From NCBI GenBank assembly GCA_965209155.1, contig OZ242383.1:640001-704000 (forward strand): DNA of 64,000 nucleotides. Direction: 5' to 3'. This DNA is from a bacterium. GTDB lineage: Bacteria > SAR324 > NAC60-12. The notes below the pieces were generated by a model. The model ran no database searches. It saw only the letters and a list, made by a program, of their open reading frames with translations, and was not told the origin of the DNA. This document shows positions 40,307-50,393 of the stretch, piece after piece. Both the position numbers and the translations under genes were made by a program. Numbering within the stretch: position 1 is the stretch's first letter; every line of letters begins with the position of its first letter.

Positions 40307-40467
40307 TTGATCCGCAGGGTCGGCCTGCTTGCGCGCGTATGGCGTTGCGCACCCCGGACCACCCGATCCGGCGTTCGACCCGCTTCAGGGGATCCTCGAA
40401 TTTCCCGACCTGCCGCTTCTACTGGCCTGCCTTCAAGTCCTCCCCATGCCATCCGGCCTTAGCTTAC

Positions 40468-40792
40468 AGGAATCGCTATTTTTTCGCGGGCAGGGGTAAC
40501 AGGAATTATTATCTTGCTTTGGGGCGCGAGCAGAATTATAAAAATTGCTGAAAATATTTCATCAAAAATGATTCGCTTGATCCCTTTTCACCTTTGAAAT
40601 CAAGCCGATTTTCAAATTGCCGGTACCTGTTTCGCAGATCATCCATCGCTGTTTATGCAGTACGACCATCCAGAAAACCGGTACTTGTTCCATCTACCGG
40701 GTCGTCACCAGCCATTGATGAGCGTTTTGCTGCAGGAAATTTCGTCCATTGCGTTCCACGTCATGTAACGCAAATGGCGAAGCTTGCTCAAA
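40468..40792 (+). pseudogene. Duplicated promoter/leader plus internally deleted relic of the NusG-paralog gene
   Basis: 40468-40691 matches 26839-27063 (including MQYD..EN.Y); 40693-40792 matches 27544-27643. Confidence 0.9.
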
Positions 40793-40940
40793 AATCCGCT
40801 AACCAGTCTTCGAAAAATACGCGGGAATGGCTTCTTTCTTGCCGGAAAAAGCCACCACGAAACGTACCGGACCAGCGAAGGACACATTCTGAACCGGGAT
40901 TTTTTCAGGCTTTGAAACCCGAACCACCAATTTTTCGTAA

Positions 40941-42071
40941 ATGTCAGTTTTTTCAGAAATTTGGGCGCTATCGACTGGTTTTTTCGTCACTTTGTCCGGC
41001 AGTGTTCTGATCGTGTTCACCAAGCGCTGGCATGGGAGGCTGACCTTCGATACTTTTACGGGTCCTCAAAAGTTTCACGATGCGCCGACACCAAGAATCG
41101 GCGGGCTGGCCGTTTACCTCGGATACTGGATCGTGGTGATGGCGACGTCCCAACCCACGCAAAGCCTTTTGGTGGCGCTCGGTATATGCGGCACTCCGGC
41201 TTTCCTTGCGGGCCTGGCGGAAGATCTGAGCAAACGGACGCCCGTGCTCTGGCGCTTGCTGGCAACTGTACTTTCAGGGCTGCTCTTTTGCCTCTTCACC
41301 GGCTACTCGGTGACGCAAACAGAAGTCTACCTGGTCGACGACCTGATCGAGTTGCATTTCATCTCGCTCTTGTTCACCGCTTTCGCCATAGGCGGATTGT
41401 CGAATGCCATCAACGTCATCGATGGTTTCAACGGTCTCGCTGCCGGAGCGGTGATTATCATGGCCTCGTCCTTTGGTATTGCAGCCTTCATGGTAAATGA
41501 CATCGAATTGGCGTTGTTCGCGGCCATTGTCGTAGCGCTTCTCTTGGGATTCCTTTTCGTGAATTTCCCATGGGGATACCTGTTCCTGGGAGACGGAGGG
41601 GCTTATTTTGCAGGTTTTCTCCTGGGATCCCTGGCGGTCATGCTTCCTGTACGAAATCCGCAAATATCGGAATGGTACAGCATCATGATCCTGGCTTATC
41701 CAGTGCTGGAAATCATGCATTCGATTGTTCGAAGAAAAGTCCGAAAAGGTCGTCGAGCAACCAGAGCGGATAATCTTCACCTGCATACTTTGATATACCG
41801 GACCTTTGCCAGAAAGATTGCCAAATCGCTGGAAAAGGAAAAATTCGCCAGTGCCATCACCAGCGTGCTGATCTGGGGAGGAACCCTTAGCAGCCTGGTT
41901 TTTGTCCTACTCATTCCAACCAGCCGGGAATGGGCGCTGCCGGCCTTCGTGTTGCAGTTCCTGCTCTATATCGTGGTTTACCGACGAGTGGCCTTATTGC
42001 GTCACTATTCCATTCTGCGTCTCCCCAAAGGGCTGGCGAAAAGAATGTGGGGGCGTCATATACATAAATAA
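40941..42071 (+). CDS. WecA/MraY-like polyprenyl-phosphate HexNAc-1-phosphate transferase
   Basis: QKFH..PTPRIGG, GLAED, NAINVIDGFNGL, FLGDGGAY and ADNLHLH. Confidence 0.88.
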   Translation: MSVFSEIWALSTGFFVTLSGSVLIVFTKRWHGRLTFDTFTGPQKFHDAPTPRIGGLAVYLGYWIVVMATSQPTQSLLVALGICGTPAFLAGLAEDLSKRTPVLWRLLATVLSGLLFCLFTGYSVTQTEVYLVDDLIELHFISLLFTAFAIGGLSNAINVIDGFNGLAAGAVIIMASSFGIAAFMVNDIELALFAAIVVALLLGFLFVNFPWGYLFLGDGGAYFAGFLLGSLAVMLPVRNPQISEWYSIMILAYPVLEIMHSIVRRKVRKGRRATRADNLHLHTLIYRTFARKIAKSLEKEKFASAITSVLIWGGTLSSLVFVLLIPTSREWALPAFVLQFLLYIVVYRRVALLRHYSILRLPKGLAKRMWGRHIHK

Positions 42072-42310
42072 CCTGAGTTTGAGAAAAGCATTTACTCAAT
42101 TCAATAAGTTATGGAATCTTCATATCTTAGAGAAACCGTGTCATTCCTGCGAAACTTGTCCCTGCTAAACTTGTCCCTGCGAAAGCAGGGAGCAGGGAGC
42201 AGGAATCCAGAGGTAGGCAGCCAGACTGAAACCTGGATTCCGGGTCCTCGCCCGGAATGACATATACGCCAGGATACTCAAATCATTGAAGATTTATCTC
42301 GAACTCAGGT
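42071..42310. mobile_element. Family A MITE, complete copy with a nested hairpin
   Basis: Termini ACCTGAGTTTGAGA and TCTCGAACTCAGGT; flanks TAAATA/TAATTA; collinear with 1661-1885. Confidence 0.85.
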
Positions 42311-42371
42311 TAATTAATGTTCCGGACACCCTTTTTTCCCAACCAGCAACACCTTTAAAGACAAACGCACC

Positions 42372-43643
42372 ATGTCCGATCAACCGTTGCCGCAGGCAGA
42401 GCATTCCGAGCTCGATATAATCTATTTTTTCCAGGTCACCTGGCGCCGGAAAGGATTGATCGCTGGCGGTTCGCTCATCGTCCTCGTTGCCGCCTGGCTC
42501 GTCTGCGTCAACCTTCCCAAGGTGTACCGGGTCACCGTCAAGATCTGGCCGGTCTACACCCCGGCGATTGCCGGAGAACTGACTGCGGAAGGATCCAATC
42601 GAGCGGATAACGAGACCATCGTCAAACCGATCGTGGCATTTTTACAGAACTATTCCCTGGCCGATAGCGCCATACGAGAATTCGAACTGGATAAATCACC
42701 ATTCGACCTGACGGCGAGCGCGTTTCTCGAAGGGAACGTCGATGCGCGACTGGACCGGAATACCAATTTGATCCATTTCAGCGTGGAACTGACAGACGCC
42801 GCCATGGCATGGGAGGTGGTGAATTACATGGCCCGGGAAGGGATCGAGAGATACTCTCGACTGGTCCAGAATAAATTAACCCGCAATACGGAATACCTGG
42901 CAAGCCAATTGGAGAAGAACCGGATGCAATTGAGAAAGGAGGGAGACGCCTTGACCGCCTTCCAGCAGAAAGCCAACACAACCAGCCTGACCGGCCGTAA
43001 GTATTTTTTGCAAACCCAGAGCGACGAACTCGCCGGCAAGATCGTCGAGGCGGAAATCGAACTGGCGGCCAAAGGCGCGGAAATTCTCGTGCTGGAGGAT
43101 TCGCTCGAGAAAACGAAGCAGAGCACCGGGGCGAACGCATCTCCCGCTGGAGTGAAAAAAAGCGGGGAGGAAACCATTTTCCCCAATGAGGGCCTTGCTT
43201 CACTGCGATTGCTTAGCGAGAGATTGAACGAGGTTTTCGATAACAGCGAGACGAGATTGATTCGAAACAAGGCAGAGTATGCCTCGTTGCTGGCGGGCAA
43301 GGAAAAGATGGAGCAAACCAAAGGCGAGACCGAGGCGGAGCTCGTCTTGATCGAAGAACAGCTCGCTTCAGTGAGCGTCGAAGAAGAGAAGTTGCGGAGT
43401 AAACTGGAATTGACGAACAAGATGAATGAACTGACTGAGTTGGATTTGGTGAGAAGCAGGAATACCTCGGAGTTGCTGGTTCAGCAGATCGCCATCGTGG
43501 ATAGCGGGGGCATACCGGAGAAACCGGTTCGTCCTCGCGTGCTTCTTATCACTGTTATTTCCGGAGTGGTGGCTTTTTCATTTTTCACCTTCCTGGCTTT
43601 TCTGATGGAGGAAGCGGCCAGACTTCGCGTAATCCGCGGGTAA
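42372..43643 (+). CDS. Polysaccharide co-polymerase / chain-length determinant (Wzz/GumC-like)
   Basis: N-terminal TM, coiled-coil periplasmic region, PEKPVRPR and a C-terminal TM. Confidence 0.82.
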   Translation: MSDQPLPQAEHSELDIIYFFQVTWRRKGLIAGGSLIVLVAAWLVCVNLPKVYRVTVKIWPVYTPAIAGELTAEGSNRADNETIVKPIVAFLQNYSLADSAIREFELDKSPFDLTASAFLEGNVDARLDRNTNLIHFSVELTDAAMAWEVVNYMAREGIERYSRLVQNKLTRNTEYLASQLEKNRMQLRKEGDALTAFQQKANTTSLTGRKYFLQTQSDELAGKIVEAEIELAAKGAEILVLEDSLEKTKQSTGANASPAGVKKSGEETIFPNEGLASLRLLSERLNEVFDNSETRLIRNKAEYASLLAGKEKMEQTKGETEAELVLIEEQLASVSVEEEKLRSKLELTNKMNELTELDLVRSRNTSELLVQQIAIVDSGGIPEKPVRPRVLLITVISGVVAFSFFTFLAFLMEEAARLRVIRG

Positions 43644-43744
43644 GGATGATTCCACTCGTTTATAAACTGAAAAGGCATCTCGTATATTGACGGCAAGTCC
43701 TGCGTAAAATTTACGGCAATGCATTCTACAATCGAATCAACCCT

Positions 43745-45064
43745 ATGAGAGCGCTATTCTGGTTGCTGGCTGTAATTGTGCTGCTGAACTTGAATAACGC
43801 GACTCATTTGTTTACCGGGACGCCAAGTGTTTTTAAACCGGTACTTGCTTTTTGCTCAGTGCTCCTGATTTTGATTGGTCTGCTCAAGGTACCGCTGAAC
43901 CGTGCCCTTGGAGTACCCGGCGCACTGGTCATTGCCACCTTGGGTTCATACCTGATCATTGCCTCGACAGTATCCCTCACCACGAATTTCGGCCCTGGTT
44001 GGAATGCCTGGGAACATTTTGAGGATTACACCAGCTCCATTATTTTGATTCTCGCAGCAGCTCTCGGTGGCTATTCGGTGATGAGAATTATCGGCAGCGA
44101 ATCGCTCCTGAAAATAGTACTCGTATTCCTGACCGTGGATTGCATTGCCATATTGGCTACGCCCGTGCTATCCGAATATTACGTCATTCCCGGTCTATCG
44201 GCATATCGTTTTCTTGGTAACTTCAAGAATCCCAATGTTGCAGGTTTTATCGGATGTCTGACGGCAGTGCTGGCCCTTTCGTTTCTTCAAGTCCGCCGGC
44301 ATCGATGGTTCGCTTACCTGGCATTGACTTTGGCAGTGGGAGCTACAGTTGGGACCTTTTCGAGAGCCGCTTTCCTTATTTTGATTTTCATCTTGACGGA
44401 TTTCTTCTTCTTCAACCATCGGGGGAGAGCAACTGTCGTCAAGTGGCTGTCCGTGGCGATTCCTACCGGCGTCATCTTCCTGATGGTTGTGGATTTGGAT
44501 CCATACTTTTTGGAACAACGTTGGCAAAGGTTATCGGAAATTGCAACCTTGCTTCCCGGTTACCAAGTAAGCGATTCCTCATTGAGTGAAAGACAGGAAT
44601 TGTTAGTCCTGGCCCTGGGTGAGACGGCAAATTCTCCTCTCTTCGGCAATGGCCTCGGTACGATTCATTCACTGGAAAATGCACCTTACAATTCGCGTGG
44701 CAAACCCCAGGGCGCTCACAATCAATACCTGATTCTAGCGGGAGAAGCCGGCATTATTCCACTGGTATTATTTTTATTGTTCCTCGGCTCCTTATTGCGA
44801 TTACGCTTGATGGCGCCGAGATCCGTTGTTCGGGATGCCGTTGTCGGTTGGGCAATCGTCATTGGCCTGGGATGCATGGTCTCCCATAACATACTGGCAA
44901 TGAGAATAGTCGACTTTCTTATCGGTTTGAGTTGCGCAACGGTGGCTCTCTATTGGAGAGTCTCAAACTGGCCGCATAACGAATCCCGGTCTGTTTTTTC
45001 TGCAATCAACCAAGGCCGCAATCGGGTCGTGTTTGGCCAAACCGTCAGAGATGGTTCTTCGTAG
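43745..45064 (+). CDS. Wzy polymerase / O-antigen ligase family
   Basis: Multi-TM, with RFLGNFKNPN, TFSRA, PLFGNG and AHNQYL..AGEAG. Confidence 0.8.
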   Translation: MRALFWLLAVIVLLNLNNATHLFTGTPSVFKPVLAFCSVLLILIGLLKVPLNRALGVPGALVIATLGSYLIIASTVSLTTNFGPGWNAWEHFEDYTSSIILILAAALGGYSVMRIIGSESLLKIVLVFLTVDCIAILATPVLSEYYVIPGLSAYRFLGNFKNPNVAGFIGCLTAVLALSFLQVRRHRWFAYLALTLAVGATVGTFSRAAFLILIFILTDFFFFNHRGRATVVKWLSVAIPTGVIFLMVVDLDPYFLEQRWQRLSEIATLLPGYQVSDSSLSERQELLVLALGETANSPLFGNGLGTIHSLENAPYNSRGKPQGAHNQYLILAGEAGIIPLVLFLLFLGSLLRLRLMAPRSVVRDAVVGWAIVIGLGCMVSHNILAMRIVDFLIGLSCATVALYWRVSNWPHNESRSVFSAINQGRNRVVFGQTVRDGSS

Positions 45065-45174
45065 AGAGAAAAGGGAAACGACTGCGGGTCTTCAACCTGA
45101 TTTTTGATATTTTCACTTCCGAATCGGACAATCCGTAGATTTGTTTGCGATCGAACTGCAAGGCCCTACCGACT

Positions 45175-46521
45175 ATGAAATCGTCACAAGAGCTGAAGAC
45201 GACGGGTGGACAGGAAGTCGTCGTGGTTTTGGCGACGAGGGTGGCGCTCGTTATATCGAGTCTCGGCATCCAAAGCCTGCTCGCTTACGCCCTGCTTCCG
45301 GAAGGCCGTGGGGCCTACGCCGTCTGCGTTATCTTCGGGAGCATACTCGCCGTACTCTTCATTCCCGGAGCCGAACGAGGTACGCAGTATTTCGTAATGG
45401 CCAGGAAGATCAGCGTGTCACAAGGTATTTCCTTCGCCACTGCCATCTGCCTCTTAGGTAGTTTTCTGAGTATCTCACTCTCCATACCACTGATTCAGAG
45501 CGACATTTCTTTCTTTCAGAAGGCAGAGACTCGATCATTCTACTTGTCCCTGACCCTGGTCCCTCTTTCGGCATTTTCGAGCGTAATGCAGTTTCAGCTT
45601 GCCGGGCTGAGACGATTTGGGAAACTTTTTTTCTTCCTTTTACTCCAGTCCCTTACAAACTTGATTGGAGTATTCAGCTTCGTCTCGACATTGGATCTTG
45701 GTGTCGAGGGCGCCATCTTGTCACTCGCCGCCAGTCACTTTGTATTGATCACCGCTTGTCTCTGGGACTTGAAACAAAATTGTGGGTTGGTTATCGAGAT
45801 CCCCCGACTTTCCGGTCTGAGACCCATTCTCAACTACGGACTGAGATACCATCCCGCGAGAATCGCAGTCGTGCTCGACCCACGTATCGGAGGCCTCTTG
45901 CTGGGAGTGGTCGCAAACCGTGCCGAAATCAGCTTTTTTATTGTGGGATATGCGCTGATGAGCCAAGCCCTGATCATTCCCGATGCGGTTTCAAAAGTTT
46001 TGTTACCCCGAGTCGCTAGTGATGAAAGAGGTCGACCCGAACTGGTCGCATTCTGCAACCGTGTTTCGGGTTGGGTTGCCGGGGCGGGGATACTGGCATT
46101 TCTGGCCATCAGTAACACCTTTGTTCCAATCGTGTTTTCTGAAGCCTTTCTTCCTGTAGTTCCCCTTATCTGGATTATGGCGCCCGGGATATTGGCAAGC
46201 GCAGGCACCGGAGTTTTCCTGGAATATTTTCGAGGAGTCAACAGGCCGGAAATCTGCTCGTGGGCGATGTGGCTCGGAATGTGTGTGAATTTTATTTGTT
46301 TTTTCATGCTCTATCCGGAACTCGGAGTCAAAGGCGCCGCGTGGGCTATGACAATCGGCCGGATAATACGCAGTGCCTACCTCGCAATCATGTTTCATCG
46401 AATGGCTCGACTCGGTTTGGTTTCAACGTGGATGCCAAAGCGTAGGGACGTTGCCCATCTACTTGCCTCAGGACAATCGGTAATCAAACAACTAACCGGC
46501 AAACGCTTCACGAATATCTGA
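45175..46521 (+). CDS. Wzx-type oligosaccharide flippase
   Basis: Highly hydrophobic MOP-family pattern (LAYALLPEGRGAY, YGLRY, LLPRV) inside a glycan cluster. Confidence 0.8.
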   Translation: MKSSQELKTTGGQEVVVVLATRVALVISSLGIQSLLAYALLPEGRGAYAVCVIFGSILAVLFIPGAERGTQYFVMARKISVSQGISFATAICLLGSFLSISLSIPLIQSDISFFQKAETRSFYLSLTLVPLSAFSSVMQFQLAGLRRFGKLFFFLLLQSLTNLIGVFSFVSTLDLGVEGAILSLAASHFVLITACLWDLKQNCGLVIEIPRLSGLRPILNYGLRYHPARIAVVLDPRIGGLLLGVVANRAEISFFIVGYALMSQALIIPDAVSKVLLPRVASDERGRPELVAFCNRVSGWVAGAGILAFLAISNTFVPIVFSEAFLPVVPLIWIMAPGILASAGTGVFLEYFRGVNRPEICSWAMWLGMCVNFICFFMLYPELGVKGAAWAMTIGRIIRSAYLAIMFHRMARLGLVSTWMPKRRDVAHLLASGQSVIKQLTGKRFTNI

Positions 46522-46531
46522 TTTTCAAAAT

Positions 46532-47659
46532 ATGGCTGGTCAACAGGTGAGGCATAAACACGTTCTCTTTTTAATCCCTTCCCTTCGCGGTGGCGGAGCG
46601 GAACGCGTCATAACGACACTACTCCGGCATTTGGATCGATCGAGTTTCAAATTGACACTCGCCCTTGTGAATACAAAGGAAGCGGTTTTCCTGAACGAAA
46701 TCCCTGCAGATGTGGAGTTCATAGACCTTAATTGCCAAAGGGTACGTTACGCGCTGCCGAAAATAATAGCGCTAATCTGGAGGAGGCGGCCTGACGTGGT
46801 TTTCTCGACGCTAGGGTATTTGAACCTGGCCCTGGCACTGTTGAAACCATTTCTGCCGCGACATCCTCGTTATATTGCGCGGGAAACGAATATCCTCAGT
46901 CAGGCTTTAGCCGCTGGCAGGATCCCCTGGCTTTGGCAATGGATGTACCGGTTTTTTTACAACAACCATGACGCCGTAGTCTGTCAATCACAGGACATGC
47001 TGGATGATCTGGTTGCGAATTGGGCACTCTCCAAGGAGCGAGCTGTACTCATTTATAACCCGGTCGATGTTGAGCGCATCCGCCGATTGGTTGCGGGAAC
47101 ATCACCTGATAATTACCTTGAATTCGAAAAAGATTCGGTACACGTTCAACTAGTTGCGGCCGGCAGATTGGTCAATCAAAAAGGATTTGACCTACTCATC
47201 AAGGCACTGGCGTTGCTGAGTTCATCTCAGGTTCGATTAACAATTCTTGGCGCAGGGCCGTTACGCGCGAACCTGGAACGACTCGCGCACTCCTCGGGAG
47301 TGGCTGACCTGGTGCGGTTTACGGGTTTTCAGACAAATCCCTACACCTGGATTGCCCGAGCAGACGCATTCGTCCTCTCATCTCGTTATGAGGGATTTCC
47401 CAACGTCTTACTGGAGGCTCTGGTCTGTGGTACGCCGGTTATTGCTATGCCAGCTCCGGGTGGCACGCGTGAAATGCTGGATAACATTCCGCAATGCGTG
47501 ATAGCGGAAGAGATCAGTCCTCTCGCGCTGGCGGATGCTATTGGCGTGTGGATGAGGGGCAGTCGGGCTCAAGTACCAGAAGAAGCAATCGCACCCTATC
47601 GACTATCCACTATCGTGCCTCGCTACGAGCGGCTTCTCGAAGGGAAGTTAGTTAGGTGA
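46532..47659 (+). CDS. Glycosyltransferase family 4
   Basis: GGGAER, GRLVNQKGFD and SRYEGFPNVLLEA. Confidence 0.9.
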   Translation: MAGQQVRHKHVLFLIPSLRGGGAERVITTLLRHLDRSSFKLTLALVNTKEAVFLNEIPADVEFIDLNCQRVRYALPKIIALIWRRRPDVVFSTLGYLNLALALLKPFLPRHPRYIARETNILSQALAAGRIPWLWQWMYRFFYNNHDAVVCQSQDMLDDLVANWALSKERAVLIYNPVDVERIRRLVAGTSPDNYLEFEKDSVHVQLVAAGRLVNQKGFDLLIKALALLSSSQVRLTILGAGPLRANLERLAHSSGVADLVRFTGFQTNPYTWIARADAFVLSSRYEGFPNVLLEALVCGTPVIAMPAPGGTREMLDNIPQCVIAEEISPLALADAIGVWMRGSRAQVPEEAIAPYRLSTIVPRYERLLEGKLVR

Positions 47660-47825
47660 AGCTGTAAGGTAAGCGTTAAAAAAACTAAGATGGGATACCT
47701 GATTAAAAAACTCATTCTTACCATATTTAACATGAATGAGCAAATGAGGTCAATGGGCAATAAGTTATTAAAATCTAATGACATAGCAAGTGAATTTGAC
47801 TCAGGATAACCTCATAATAGGAAAA

Positions 47826-49160
47826 ATGCAGCAGTATGATCTCCTGCTGAAAAGTCGGTTGTATCGTCTGCTGAAATGGCGAATCTATCGGAACTATGCA
47901 AAACGCATACGTAACATGACGAACCAGGACCCGTTTGCGCTTTCTCGTAAATATCTCGATCGACTGCTCTCCTTCGCCAGTGAGCACAACAGATACTATG
48001 CGGAGTTTCTCGCCGGTCGACGCGAACTCGAGCACCTACCAATACTAACCAAGGAAATTATCCGCGGGAGATTCAATGACCTCCAAAGTATGAAACAAAC
48101 GACGCGAACTTACCGGAACAGTTCCGGCGGTTCGACCGGCAAGCCGGTGACCCTGGTCCAGGACAATTCCTATAGCAGTTGGTCTAATGCGACCCAAGGT
48201 TACTATTTCCGTGAATTTCTTGGTGTCGAAAGGTTCGGTGTCAGAAGTACCTGGCTTTGGGGTTCGGAGCGAGATACATTCAGGCTGAACTCTCGACAAG
48301 CCAAAATCGGGTTGTTCCTGCAAAACCGTCTGCTACTCAATACCTTCGATACGAGTGAGCAACGCTGGCTGGAGTACATTGAACATATCCGTTCCTACCG
48401 TCCGCGCTATGTGGCCGGATACGCGGGTTCACTCTACCAGATAGCGCGCGTGGCTCGTAAACATAATATCCGTCTGTATAAGCCGGATTTTGTCTATTCC
48501 GCAGCCGAGATGTTGCGAGATTTCATGCGGCAAGAAATCGAAGAACAATTCCAGGTGAAAGTTTACGACTACTACGGTTCCAGGGAAGTCGGTGCCATTG
48601 CGGGTGAGTGTTCAGCGGGTCGTCGGCACGTATTCATCATGAACAACTTGGTCGAGATTCTGGATGATGAGGGGCGTCCGACGGTGGATGGAAAAGAAGG
48701 CAGGATCACGGTCACGAATCTTCACAACTATTCATTTCCCATGATCCGCTACGACATCGGAGACAGCGGAGCGATTCGTTTCGACGAGTGCTCTTGTGGC
48801 TCGTCGCTGCCGGTTCTTGAAAAATTAACGGGCAGGGTAACGGATCATTTTCTCTTGAGAGATGGAGGTCTCGTTCACGGTGAGTATTTCACTCACCTGT
48901 TTTATTTTCGGGACAGGGTCGAACAATTTCAGGTCGACCAAGTCGACTACAACCGCATCAGGATTTTGGTCGTAGCGGACGCTCCAGTTAACGACAATGA
49001 CGTAGATGACATCAACGCGAAAATTCGCTTGGTGATGGGCAACGATTGTGATGTGGAATGGGAGTATGTAGAGTCCATAAAGAAGACATCGCAAGGGAAG
49101 CATCTTTATACACGATGCTTGATTGACGAACCGAATTTCCCAAGGCAAAGTCAGGTATAA
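47826..49160 (+). CDS. CapK / phenylacetate-CoA-ligase-like adenylate-forming protein
   Basis: SSGGSTGKP, YYGSRE, PMIRYDIGD, GRVTD and C-terminal SQGKH. Confidence 0.85.
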   Translation: MQQYDLLLKSRLYRLLKWRIYRNYAKRIRNMTNQDPFALSRKYLDRLLSFASEHNRYYAEFLAGRRELEHLPILTKEIIRGRFNDLQSMKQTTRTYRNSSGGSTGKPVTLVQDNSYSSWSNATQGYYFREFLGVERFGVRSTWLWGSERDTFRLNSRQAKIGLFLQNRLLLNTFDTSEQRWLEYIEHIRSYRPRYVAGYAGSLYQIARVARKHNIRLYKPDFVYSAAEMLRDFMRQEIEEQFQVKVYDYYGSREVGAIAGECSAGRRHVFIMNNLVEILDDEGRPTVDGKEGRITVTNLHNYSFPMIRYDIGDSGAIRFDECSCGSSLPVLEKLTGRVTDHFLLRDGGLVHGEYFTHLFYFRDRVEQFQVDQVDYNRIRILVVADAPVNDNDVDDINAKIRLVMGNDCDVEWEYVESIKKTSQGKHLYTRCLIDEPNFPRQSQV

Positions 49161-49162
49161 AT

Positions 49163-50323
49163 TTGAAATTGGTAATAATCATCACCGGTCTTGCCACTGG
49201 TGGCGCCGAAATGATGCTGTTCAAGCTTCTACAATTCATCGATCACCGGCGATTTTTTCCTCATGTCATTTCACTCACCTCAAAAGGAGAGATCGGAGAT
49301 CGGCTCGAAGCGTTGGGAATACCGGTCGAAGTATTAGGCATGAAACCAGGTCGTTTCAGCTCGCTAAAGTTCTTACGCCTCGTCCACCGACTCCGTGAAT
49401 TGAATCCGGATGCCGTTCATACCTGGATGTATCATGCGGATTTATTGGGCGGGTTGGCTGCACGGTTGGCAGGAGTCCACGCAGTTGGTTGGGGAGTCCG
49501 GCACGGTAATTTTTCGCCGTTAGATAACAAACGATTCACCTTTTGGGTTATGAAGACGTGCTCCGTCTTGTCTCACCGGATACCGAGAAAGATTCTTTGC
49601 TGTTCTCAGGTGGCGAGGGATATTCATATTTCTGCCGGATATGACCGAGACAAGATGGTCGTCGTCCCCAATGGATTTGACCTTTCCCGGTACGGACCAG
49701 ACACAGAAGCGCGCCTCTCGGTGCGCTTGGAATTGGGATTGCGTGAAGACATTCCGCTCGTCGGCTTGATAGCCCGGTTCAACCCGCAGAAAAACCAAGC
49801 TGGTTTCTTTGAGGCGGCCAAGCTGGTACACCTAAACTGTCCCGATGCCCATTTTCTACTGGCAGGCGCTGGGGTGGAGGAGCACAACCCCACGTTGCGT
49901 GACGCGATACGGCAGGCAGGAGTGGAAGCAAACACCCATCTTCTGGGAAAACGTGAGGATATCCCACGTTTGATGGCCGCCCTGGACGTGCTCGCTTCTT
50001 CTTCTTCTTTTGGGGAAGCCTTCCCCAACGTGCTTGGTGAGGCCATGGCTTGCGGCGTTCCTTGCGTGGTCACGGGCGTGGGGGATTCGGCGGAAATCGT
50101 GGGAGAAACGGGTCGAGTCGTGGCAGTGGAAGATATGCGCGGATTGGCTCATAACATCGTCGAAATTTTACAATTGTCTCACGAGGAACACCGTGCTATG
50201 GGAGCAAGAGCGCGGGAAAGAATTCGTGAGAGATTCGAAATCGAAAGCGTGGTCAGAAAATATGAAAGATTCTATGAGAGCCTGATTGGACGTGATCAAA
50301 TTGGTGCAGGCCGACTCGCTTAG
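49163..50323 (+). CDS. Glycosyltransferase family 4
   Basis: GGAEMML, HTWMYHA, ARFNPQKN and GEAFPNVLGEAMACG. Confidence 0.9.
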   Translation: MKLVIIITGLATGGAEMMLFKLLQFIDHRRFFPHVISLTSKGEIGDRLEALGIPVEVLGMKPGRFSSLKFLRLVHRLRELNPDAVHTWMYHADLLGGLAARLAGVHAVGWGVRHGNFSPLDNKRFTFWVMKTCSVLSHRIPRKILCCSQVARDIHISAGYDRDKMVVVPNGFDLSRYGPDTEARLSVRLELGLREDIPLVGLIARFNPQKNQAGFFEAAKLVHLNCPDAHFLLAGAGVEEHNPTLRDAIRQAGVEANTHLLGKREDIPRLMAALDVLASSSSFGEAFPNVLGEAMACGVPCVVTGVGDSAEIVGETGRVVAVEDMRGLAHNIVEILQLSHEEHRAMGARARERIRERFEIESVVRKYERFYESLIGRDQIGAGRLA

Positions 50324-50393
50324 TTCAGTACAATGGATTTCATGCAGAGATAGCGCGCTTCAATGCGCTGCGCATAATGGGTAGAGCATTTCA

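Noticed and set aside
40307..40467. Possible transposase fragment on the minus strand at the PKS cassette's right edge
   Set aside because: Only a vague resemblance (DPLKRVERRIGW), no TIR, and too short to support without a search.
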